In this document: positions 39,360 to 50,250 of the stretch, piece after piece | Position numbering within the stretch: position 1 is the first letter of the stretch | How the letters are laid out: each line of letters starts with the position of its first letter | Source: Leucoraja erinacea | Lineage: Eukaryota | Direction of reading: 5' to 3' | Length of the DNA stretch: 64,000 nucleotides | Assembly: GCF_028641065.1 (NCBI RefSeq) | Contig: NC_073381.1 | Location: forward strand, 9,920,001 to 9,984,000 | The notes under the pieces: model-generated | Told to the model about the DNA's origin: nothing | What the model saw: only the letters and a program-made list of their open reading frames with translations | Database searches by the model: none | Translations under genes and position numbers: made by a program

Positions 39360-39621
39360 TGAGAAGAACTTTTTTCACACAGAGAGTGGTGAATCTCTGG
39401 AACTCTCTGCCACAGAGGGTAGTTGAGGCCAGTTCATTGGCTATATTTAAGAGGGAGTTAGATGTGGCCCTTGTGGCTAAAGGGATCAGGGGGTATGGAG
39501 AGAAGGCAGGTACGGGATACTGAGTTGGATGATCAGCCATGATCATATTGAATGGCGGTGCGGGCTCGAAGGGCCGAATGGCCTACTCCTGCACCTAATT
39601 TCTATGTTTCTATGTTTCTAT
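39360..39621 (+). mobile_element. Young CR1 3' fragment with (TTTCTATG)n tail
   Basis: Near-identical to 55690-55937. Confidence 0.9.
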
Positions 39622-40129
39622 CTGTTTTAGTCAATGCTCCGTTCAGTTTACAAGTGCATTCAGATTCCGATTCTGTTGTCATACCAGAGTAGAGGTCCTA
39701 CCAACAGCAATATTGCTTGCGACTGGGAAGTGGATGGGGCTGGAGTGAGTGAATGAAGGTGGTAGCTGCAGCATTCTGTATGTACTTGTTACAGTGGGGG
39801 GTCTACAAGTGGCATTGTGATTTTCCAAGAATGAAAACAAAAAATGCTGGAAATACATAATAGGTCAAACAGTATGGGCAGAGAAACAGTTTCAATTTAG
39901 TCTGAAGAAGGGTCTTGACCCAAACGTTGCCTATCCTTCGCTCCATAGATGCTGCCTCACCTGCTGAGTTTCTCCAGCTTTGTCTACCTTCAATTTATAC
40001 TGTTAACTTTTATTTCTTTCTTCACAGATGCCTGTCGAGTGTTTTTAGAATTTTCTGCTTTTATATCAGTTTTCCAGGAACTGAAAATTCTATTCCATAT
40101 TTCAGATGTATAAGAGATGATATGCACTT

Positions 40130-40550
40130 TAGACTTTTCTTTAGACTCTGGAGATACAGCATGGCGGCAGCCCCTTTGGCCCACCGAGTCCTTACCAACC
40201 ATCTGTCATCCCGTACACGAGCACTATCCTACACATTAGGGAGAGTTTTTACAATTCTACCAAAGCCAATTAACCCAGAAAACACCCAGAAAAAGCCCAC
40301 ATGGTCACAGGGAGAACGTACAAACTCCGTACAGAGAGCACCTGTAGTCAGGATTGAACCCAGGTCTCTGGTGCGGTAAGGCAACAACTCTGTGTAGGAA
40401 AGAACTGCAGATGCTGGTTTAAATTGACACAAAATGCTGGAGTAACTCAACGGGACAGGCAGCATGTCTGGAGAGAAGGAATGGGTGATGTTTCTGGTTG
40501 AGACCCTTCTTCAGACAAGGCACCAACTCTTCTGCTGTGCCACTGTACTG
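40130..40550 (-). mobile_element. V-SINE split by a hammerhead-type short repeat (40392-40516)
   Basis: SINE reverse complement runs to aaggcaacaactct, then the insert, then aaggcaccaactct and the remainder of the SINE head. Confidence 0.7.
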
Positions 40551-43164
40551 CCCTTTTGAAAGCTAGAGTGGTTGCGTTTTCAAGTGTACAAGTTTGCCAA
40601 TGGGAAGGTCCAACTTTGTGGTGTTATTTACAGAAAACATTATAGCAAGATTAAATTTACAGGAGTCCACCTGATCCCTACCCAATTGCATTCAACTGTA
40701 AATGCCTCAAATGCAATTAGAGATTTGATTTAGGTGTTGTACTGCAGACCCCCTCATAACAGACATTTAGGTGACACCTGTTACAAAAGGAAATGGTAAC
40801 AGTTCTCCCTAACTATTCTATAAAAACTATTTTTAAACATCAATACTAAAATATTTTTCTGCCTGCCTACTTTCAGGAGAAATGTATATGCTTGTTAAAA
40901 TTGTCGATGTCAATTCATGGAATATGTGTAAAAATTACTATTTTAGTTGCATATTTTTATTGCTTCTTAATGCTCTTCCCTCTACTGAGCATGGTAGTTT
41001 ATGCCGTTCTACAATTCCATGGCACCTCAGGAGAGTAGTCCGTGAACCTCAATAGCAGGTGTCAAATTCTACTGTGTGACACAAGCTAACCTAAATCTAT
41101 GAACATGTTTGTGGTATTTGTAGCAGGAGGCAACTGGTTAGGGATTAGAAGTAGTTAATTTCATACTACTATAATGAGGCTATATTGCTGTAAACTAACT
41201 AGACACAAGATGTCTACAGACAGAATCTGACTATTCTATTGGCAATCCTATACACTCAAAGGAATAAAACAAACAAAGTTATTTATGTAGTATATTTTCT
41301 GAATTGTCACAGTTGTAAATTGCTTTAAGGTTCCCAGAGTAGGCAAAGAACCCTTTATTGATACAAATTGAAACATAATAGCCAATTTATAATAATCGCA
41401 TCAATTAATTGAAATGAGATAGATAATCAGGAAATCTATTTTAAATGGCACTGATTTGATGGGTGAACATCTGATAGCTTAAACCCAGGGTGACCATGGT
41501 ATAGGTTGTAAACAAGGTTATCTGGCCAATGTGTGAATGTGAATAGTTAGAGACTGAGAACATAGACAGAACACACAGATAAAGGAATAGAGACATCTTC
41601 ATCCCACATCCTCCCTGCTGCTCAGCTTATTTTCTCTCCTTCTCAGCTTTGCGAAAATATCTTAGACCTGAAATGTTAATGCTATTCATCTTACTGCACA
41701 TGATCCTGATGTGATCAGATTTCTTCCTAAACTGGTCATCTGACTCACTGCGCCCATCGTGAAGATCCTGTTTTCAGTTGGGTGCTTCATGCATGAATTC
41801 TCAGAGGTGTTCAGACAGGAACATTATTAATGAATGTTTGAACATCATTCCTGCAAAATGTACTCATGCAAGTGTGGCCTGTGAATGGGGTATTTAGCAG
41901 GGACTTAATTAAGCAGGGCCCAATTTGTGAAGTTTGAGCATCCGGAACTGGGAACCAACTGAACCTCAATGTGGCTTCTCTTCAAGCACCCCCACCCCAC
42001 TTCATAATTACACCTCAACCACCTCCCTCCAACCTCTTCACAATTCCAAACATGAGCAAGAAGCTGATCCTGTTCGGCACTTCCCCAATGCCCTGCCCCA
42101 ATCAGAGATATCCTCACAACAATTCTCTACCTCAAATGATGGCTTGAAACTAAACCAGCAGAAACATGTGCAAATAGGGGCAAAAGAGGAGATATTCTTA
42201 CAGCCTTCAGAATACCAAACCAGAGATGGAAAACATGAACATTTACTTTTAATATTCTTAATTTTGGATATTAAAATAAACTAACAGACCATTTTGCAAA
42301 TATGACCCAACTTTGGGTTGAGGCAGAAAGCATGACACCAATGATGGGACAAAGAGTTGGGGAAAATAAGAGTAAGAATCAGAGAACTAATGTGTAGGCT
42401 GAAGGAGGCTGTAGAGATATGGAAGATTGAGGACATAAAGGGATTTAAACTGATGGATAATAATTAACGGTGAAAGTTCTTACTCAAAATAAAGTAGATG
42501 GAATTGTAGAATCTTGCCTTATCAGGATATCTATAATGCTTCTGACAAGAAACATTATAAGAGTGGCTAGCTTTAAACATCATATCCGTTGATATGGAGA
42601 GTTCAGATAAAACTCAATAACAATTAAAGCTACTCTTTAAATGCATCCCAAAATAAAACATCAATTACTGGGTTCAAGTTCTGGATGTGCTATTTCACTC
42701 TCCCACTATCACTTCAATGTTTATTTTCATATTCCCGGGAAACAGATATAATGGGCTGGTTGCCTCCACTATTACCATTGAGAATAGATGAGAGGGGTGG
42801 AGCTAGCTATGCATTTTCAGGAGGTGAACATCACTAGCAAAGCATTTTATTTACTTGTATGTATTTATTTATTGGCAGTGTTTAGGGTGGCATTGTGCTG
42901 TAGCAATTAGTGCTACTTCACAATTCCAGGGACCTGGTTCTGAGCTGACCTTCACTGCTTGGTGGAGCTTGTGTGTTCTCCATGGGTCTCCGAGTGCTCT
43001 GGTTTCTTCATCCCAAAGATGTGCCGCTGGATTAAATAGCCATTGAACATTAGTTACAGTGTATGTATGCGGCAAAAAAACAAAATTTGAGAATTGGTGG
43101 CATGTTAAGAGAGAATAAATCACAGGTAAATTAGGAGAGGAAGAATGGGATTGCTTCGCTGGGC

Positions 43165-43625
43165 GCTGGGATGAATCCGATGGGATGCCTATCCGAGTGG
43201 GGGGGCTGAATCGCAGCGGCCTCTGCAGTCCGTCTGCTTTTTTGTTATTTTTTGTCCCATAGTTTTTAAGCTTAACTTTTAAAATTTTTTCCCCTAAACC
43301 CGAAGGTTGTCGTTGGGGGACGTGGAGCGGAACAGGAACGTCTTCCTTGCGGAGAACCTGACGAATGCAACTGTGCGCGCTGCTTCCGGAGATTCGGAAC
43401 AAAGAGTAGGGAGAACCGCTTTTTGGGGTCCGCAAAACGAGTAGCGGGGTCGAGGTGACCTGGAGTGGGGGCTACAGGCGTGGCTTAAGACTTTCAGCGC
43501 CCGCCGGGGGGACCATGGCCGCGGGACAATTGTTATCGCCCGCCGGGGGCTCTGGGCACTTTGACTCGCATCGGGGGGAGAGGGAAGTGTAGGGGAGAGC
43601 ACGTTTTTTTTGATCACAGCGAGGT
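43165..43625. repeat. CpG-rich interspersed repeat, unclassified
   Basis: Abrupt CpG-rich segment with internal repeat cgcccgccggggg (two copies), following a V-SINE (42880-43160). Confidence 0.4.
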
Positions 43626-44000
43626 TTGCGCTATGATAGTAATCTTGGCAGATGTTACTGCAGAAACAACATTCACAGCCTTAAGGTTGTATAAATTATC
43701 ACTTTAATTGTATAAGGCTTAATTATTACTTGTGAGCATTCTTCTTTTTTTTTATTAGGGACAGTACACACTGGTACAGTGCAACCGGCACATCTAAGTT
43801 TTTACAAATATTTATGTTTTGTTCAAATATTTACAATTTTTTATATTATGAAAAGGTAACTAAAGTTTTTTAAAAAATGTATTCATTACTTTGGTAGTCT
43901 AGGGGTCTTTTCTATGTGCTTTCTAGAGCTATCTATTCACCTCACTTTTTCCCCTCTCTTGTTCTCTCTCTCTTCTTTTCTTTCATTTTCAGGTTATAAG

Positions 44001-45041
44001 TAGGTATGTTGCAAAGCCTACCTGAAGCGTCGCTGAAAATCTGTCCCAGCCCGTGTGTGCGATTTTGGCGCCGTTTAGAGGGGGGCGGGTTTAAAACGCG
44101 ATTTTCCCTAGGCTGTTCAAATCGAGGATGTTCAGCCTAGTTAATTATTAATGAAAAATCGCTGGAAGATTCCGTCGCTTTAGCTATTATTACTTTTAAG
44201 GGCTTTATCTAATTGTTATAGTAGTTTAAAAATGAACCTCTAAACCCCCGACCGCCGGCAACCGGCCGGATCTCATACAGGGGACAACAGAAGGTAGGCT
44301 GTTTATTTTTACATTAAAAAGGGCTTCTTAAGATCCCTTTATACAAAGTTTAAAGTTGCGAGTAGCTAATTTTGGGCCCATTATATCCCGCAGTATTTTT
44401 CTGGGCATTTGAGGGCACAAATCTAGCGCAATGTGAACATTCTAAACCAGCGCGTTCACAGGATCCCACTAGAAAGCTGATTTAAATGGACTTTAATTTA
44501 CAGCAATTGAACACTAAATTCCTTCCATTTGGCCTATAAATGAATGTCAATGAGATTTAAAAATCATGTTTTATTGTGAATTATTTGTGAATATTATTTG
44601 GACACTTAGGCTATTTAAAAATGTTAATCAATTATTAAGAAATGGATAGATGTTTAGATCTAATAATTGAAGTTTGAAATTAGCTACAATTGGGTAACTA
44701 ACTAATTACATGCTTTAATTTCAGGTTATCCATGTAAGATTGTTTTATATTTGTTTCAGAATGCTTCAATCTATGATAACTGAAAATTTCATTCAGTTCT
44801 CTTAATTTTTAAGAAAGTTATGGGCTTTTGATTGTCCTCAATCACAGCTTTTTTGTTATGTCCATAGAAAATCAATAGGGAACAAGATGCTAATTTCCGA
44901 GTATGAAAATGGCCATAACGTTTTAAATACTTGAGATATGAAAGTGAATTAGGTGTCAAATTAAACATCTTTTTATGCCTTATCTGATGGGATAGATTGC
45001 AGACTTGATTTTTAAAATCTCCAAATTTTGTAACATTGCTA
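44001..45041. mobile_element. Non-autonomous TIR DNA transposon with 7-bp TSD
   Basis: TTATAAG at 43994-44000 and 45042-45048; termini TAGGTATGTTGCAAA versus TAGCAATGTTACAAA (12/15). Confidence 0.7.
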
Positions 45042-47596
45042 TTATAAGGTTAAAAATGAAGCTGTAAAATAATAGTATAATTTTAGATGACGAATGTTTT
45101 ATCTTTGTACAATTGCTTTTAATAAAAATATATATTTTTAAATTAAAAAAAATGTATTTATTAAATTAGGTGGCCAAGGCCTTAAACAGCTTACAGAGCA
45201 ATGATCTGCTGTAGACAGCAATGGTGGAAACGCTATGTGTGCTGGCACTGCTTGGCACTGAACTGAAATTCTCAAACTACCTGTGATTTGAAGTCACATT
45301 CTATAAACCTTTGCCTCAGGTCTCTGGATTTCTAATCCAGCAACATAATTAGTTCACTGATGGATCGCTTCCTGAAGTTATCACATCCAACCACAAAAAA
45401 AAAATCGAAGCTCAAAGATAAAACAGCAAATGTATCTCTAAAGTAAAGGTTGATGGAAAAACAATCTTCCTCTAATCATTGTACAGTGAAAGAATGTATG
45501 ATAGCATCTTATGGGATGTATAAACAGATCTGTCATATATAAGGAAATGACATTAATATGGACACTAATACAGTGACTAGATATGGAGCACAATTACCAC
45601 AAATGGTGGTTGACTGTTCTATCCAACGCAACTTCCATGACCTCATCTGCCAAAATCCAAATCCTGGAATTCTTTCCTGACCTTTACATCTTTCTTGCTT
45701 TAAGATTTTCTCCAAAACCTAACTCTGTTACCTCTCCATGTATCTCCATGCTGCATGAGAGGCACCATAATCATGTTATTGCCTGCAATTTTGACTTTAG
45801 AAATGAGATTGCATGAATGTGTTTGACTAAATGGTCTAATTCACTGCTGCACATTTAATATACTGTAATCATATGCAATGGAAGCAGCCCAAAAGTCCAA
45901 GAAGACCTCAACAAAAATTACAATTTTTCTGCCTGAAGATGTGACAGTGGGGACACATGAAAATTTACTAAACACAAGTGTGGGCTGGTTACCTATTTGT
46001 AGGTCTGACAAAATCTTAGAGAGTCCCTAACCAAGATGGTATGAATTAAAAGAGAAATTAGCGATACAAATGTGCAGAAGCAGCATTTACTGGCAACCCG
46101 AGCGCTAAAGGCCCTGTGGACCCCGGCTGCCTGTCACACAGTAAAATTACTCTGTATTTCTCAGTCCTCTTGCGTTGATCCTTATTGATCCTTGCGCTGA
46201 ACCTGAAGTTATTCCTCCACCCAACTGGCTGCTGCACTGTCAGCATAATTCCAGGATGCATCATGTAAATGCGGTATCTGCAGTGTTTCAAGCAGAGTTA
46301 TGGCAGCTGGGTTCCCCCTCTGGGAATTATTTTGCTATCCAAAAAATAAAATGGGGCCAGCATAACGGGTCAAATGGTCTTGTTCTCTCTTGCATAATTC
46401 TATAACTACAGCCTTTTTCTGCTTTTTTCCCACACAAAGATTCAAATATCTGCCGGCTCCATTATCAGCATTATAACCAATCAGTGAAATGACAAGTTTG
46501 TCCATAATTACACCCCTGAATTTCTGTGGATCTCCAACTGTTGAAGTGGACCCTCGGTGACCTCAGCCAGAGTTCTGTAGGAGACTGGGAGAAGCATACA
46601 TGCCACAGACAAAGACATAATTATTCAACACAACAACCTCTCAGTTGCTGCACTGCCGAAAACATAAAAGAACATTTCTCCCCCAATACAATTGTAAGTG
46701 CACTTCAAGAGGGTATTTGCTGATAAGAACTCCTAACTGTAGCCGAGGGAATGTATGGAAGAAAGTTGTTTTGTGAGCACTTCTAAAGAGATTGATGGTA
46801 ATTAGACTACTTTCCCATGGTACATGAGGATGTGCTTGATTCCCCAGGCCTTCTTGGCCCAGTTGCTCATTGCCTCTTGCAAAAATCCCCGAGTCTCCTT
46901 AATGGCATGTTTAAAAAAAAAGTAAGATCAATGACAGTTGATCGTTTTCACGTGCAGTAGGAGGTGGAATCTTTCTATTCTGAGGAAAACTCTGGAGATA
47001 AAATCCCAGAAGAAGATTGTGCTTCTGAATCAAAAAATGATCTCCTAAGTTTCCGGGTTTAAATAAAGGAAGAAGCTGCCATTACTCGCCCTCAATGTAA
47101 GTGTCTAATTTAATATGCACCAGCGGATTCACAGCTAGTTGAATACCGCCCAGACGAAGAAAGATGATCCCCTTTCATTTCCTGAGATTAAGGTGAAGCA
47201 CATGCAGAGTTCCTAGACACGGTTTCCTTTCCAGCTGACATATGGTGTCATCTGTCAGGCCTGGCAGCTGCTTGTGGGTTAGATGCTATAAATTGGCTTT
47301 ACAAGAAACAGTCAAAAATATGCTTCCTTAGTAAGGGATCATGTGTTAAGTGTGTAAACCAGGATGGCAGGAGAGCATTCAGCACTTAATGTTTACACAC
47401 TCACATATCAGCACTGAAAAGAAACCTACCCATATACTAATCTAATGTTAAAGCACACTCCTTCAATAAAGATGAAGGAAAGTTGGAACAAAAATTCTCA
47501 TTAGAATTTACTTCCTCCTAACTCATTAAATACAGACTAAGAGGAAAATAACTTCTCACTACATTTTGGACTGAAGCACTGTTTTTGCCAGAAGTA

Positions 47597-49248
47597 CGAG
47601 GGTGCACAACCTTTTATCCGAAAGCCTTGGGACCAGACACTTTTCGTAATTCAGAATTTGTCGGCCTTCGGAATGGAAATTCTTTAGCGTAGATTTTAAT
47701 GGCTGGCTCAGTGGTAGAGTGCTCGGCTCATATCCGCAAGGTCGCGTGTTTGCGCCTTGATCCCGGCAGTTACGCGGTCGCGAGTTTGAGTCTTCAATGT
47801 CGTTTTTTCTTGCAGAATAAATGTCTGTATGAAATGCAATGTGTTGAATGAATTCCTGAATTTGTAAATGTGCCCGCAGCATTGAATCACCTCTCGCACT
47901 CATGTCACCCTAGCGGGGCTACATGCCCTTAGGCGGCCTAGCTCGGGGATTCTTGAATCCCCGAGCTAGGTCGCGAGTTTGTGCCTCGATCCTGGCAGTT
48001 ACTCGGTCGCGGGTTTGAGTCTTCAATGTAGTTTTTTCTTGCATAAATGTTTGTATGAAATGCAGTGTAGGAGAGGTGTACTGACTGTGTGGGCAGAACT
48101 TTGGAAGTGATTGCCCACCAGTCTAAAAAGCCGCTGTGTCTCCCTGTCCCTGGGATAGCAGGGGGCGATCAAACAGCACAATACCCCCCTCCCCCTCTAA
48201 CTCCAGAGGAATCCTCTCCCCAATGGGCCGCTACGGCGACAAGTGGCAGTTTGCCCACAGCCCGAGCTGCGCCACCCCAAGAACAAGACGTACCTTGCAG
48301 ACCATCAGCTTCTGCCCCTACGTGTTCCTCTGGAGTTGGAGCGGGGCTGGGCTGGAGTTGCTGCTGGCTGTGGGTCTCTGGGATCTCCGTGCTTGCAGTG
48401 GGCCTGGGGGTCGGTGTCCCGTTGGTCCTGACGTCTCCGGCCACCCCCCTGGACTGGAGCTGAGACTGGGAACTGTACCGCCCTTGCCCCCTCCCTCTGC
48501 AACTGCAAACAACCCCACTCTCCTGCAAGGGCGGTACAGTTCCCGGAGGATAACAGGTGGCCGGAGACGTCAGGACCAACAGGAACCCGCTCCCCGATGG
48601 GCCCCTATGACGCCCCGAGCTGCGCCCCGTCATCCGCAACCCAGGTTCCTCTGTAGTTGGAGTGGGGCTGGGCTGGGCTGCTGCAGGCTGTGGGTCTCTG
48701 GGTTCTCCGTGCTTGCGGCGGGCCTGGTGGTCGATGTCCAATTGGTCCTGACGTCTCCGATGACTGGCACTGTATGCTGGCATTGCCGACGTGAAGACAG
48801 TGCAAAGCCCCCGCGCCGGTGCAATGAGCGGGGAGCTGGAGAGGGGAGGCAAGGGGTCACACACATGGCCGGGAAGCAGAGGGGTGTAGGTGGGGTGAAA
48901 CTGAAGGGAGCGACAATCTGCTGCCGCCTGCCCGCTGAGTTAAAAAGTTCCCACGCAAGCCTCACGATACACTGTGTATCGTGTCTACCGTGGGAGCTTT
49001 TTAACTCAGCGGACAGGCAGCAGCATATTGTCAATTATTAACCCTCCCGCGCAATATACCCTCACCTTTTCTTTTATGAATGGGGATTTAGTTCCCCTTT
49101 CTTCGAGGACCGACCGGAGGTTCCGCTGTCACCTATGCGGGCCGCCCTCGGTGAACGTTTTCAAGGACCTTTCTTCAAGGACCGAAAAAATGTCCACTAT
49201 TCGGAGGTTTTCGTTATTTGGATCGTCGGATAAAAGGTTGTGCACCTG
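47597..49248. mobile_element. Non-autonomous Tc1/mariner-superfamily (pogo/Tigger-like) element
   Basis: TA on both flanks; TIR core GGTGCACAACCTTTTATCCGA at 47601-47621, inverted at 49226-49246; GC-rich non-coding interior. Confidence 0.85.
47704..47768 (+). pseudogene. tRNA-Met(CAT)-like relic inside the TIR element
   Basis: D-arm GCTC-AGTGGTA-GAGT, anticodon arm CGG-CTCATAT-CCG, AGGTC variable loop, degenerate T-arm; 5' acceptor strand missing. Confidence 0.55.
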
Positions 49249-49529
49249 TAGTAGTATTAGTTTCTGCATCACATGGTTGCTGGTCACTTTCCCCAACCTG
49301 GGAGCCTGATGTACCTCTGTAGCTCCCGGAGGTTTCTGCCCTCCTCCAAATATGACCTCTGGGATGTTACCAAAGGGACACTGATCTATCAAGCCATTGT
49401 CCATGGCTTGGTCAAATTACTGGGTTTTGAGGAGCCTCTTATTGGAAGAGCAAGTTGGAGAAGCTCAGGGCGGATTCTCGAGCGTATGACCCAGACAGTA
49501 GAAAGCATGATCGCCACTAAAAGAATGAT

Positions 49530-50250
49530 AATAGAGTGATACAATGCGGAAACAGGCCCTTCGGCCCAACTTGCCCACATGTCACATCTACCCTAGTCCC
49601 ACCTGCCTTTGTTTGGTCCATATCCCTCCAAACCTGTCCTATCCATGTACCTGTCTAACTGTTTCTTAAACGTTGGGATAGTCCCTGCCTCAACTACCTC
49701 CTCTGGCAGCTTGTTCCACCACCCTTTATGTAAAAAAGCTACCCCTCAGATTCATATTAAATCTTTTCCCCTTCACCTTCAACCTATGTCCTCTGGTCCT
49801 CGATTCCCCTACGCTGGGCAAGAGACTCTGTGCATCTACCCGATCTATTCCTCTCATGATTTTATACACCTCTATAAGATCACCTCTCATCATCCTGCGC
49901 TCCAAGGAATAGAGACCTAGCCTACTCAACCTCTCCCTACAGCTGGCAACACTTCTGGCAACATCCTCGTAAATCTTCTCTGAACCCTTTCAAGCTTAAC
50001 AATATCTATGCGGACTCACTAATGTCTTATACAACTGCAACATGACCTCCCAACCTCTATACTCAATACTCTGACTGATGAAGGCCAATGTGCCAAGAAG
50101 CCCTTTTGACCACCTTATCTACCTGTGACTTGACCTTCAAGAAACCATGCACCTGCACTCCTAGATCCCTCTGCTCTACATCACTCCCTAGAGGCTTACC
50201 GTTCACTGTGTAGGTCCTGCCCTTGTTAGATGTCCTAAAATGCAACACCT
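49530..50250 (-). mobile_element. CR1-type LINE 3' fragment
   Basis: RLGLYSLERRMMRGDLIEVYKIM...TRGH and QRDLGVQVH. Confidence 0.85.

Noticed and set aside
42869-43617. 188-aa and 107-aa minus-strand ORFs; possible CpG-island promoter
   Set aside because: The ORFs span a SINE/repeat junction with no motifs, and the CpG richness has sharp edges typical of a young repeat.
46950-47480. Possible intronic enhancer (E-box cluster, small ctgaca...tgtcag hairpin)
   Set aside because: Short motifs are expected by chance and cannot be supported without cross-species alignment.
47704-47768. Functional tRNA-Met gene
   Set aside because: No 5' acceptor strand, T-loop lacks TTCG, anticodon stem is only 3 bp.
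48089-49041. Overlapping ORFs up to 301 aa
   Set aside because: GC-rich repeats and palindromes inside a TIR element deplete stop codons in several frames; no transposase or other domain motifs.
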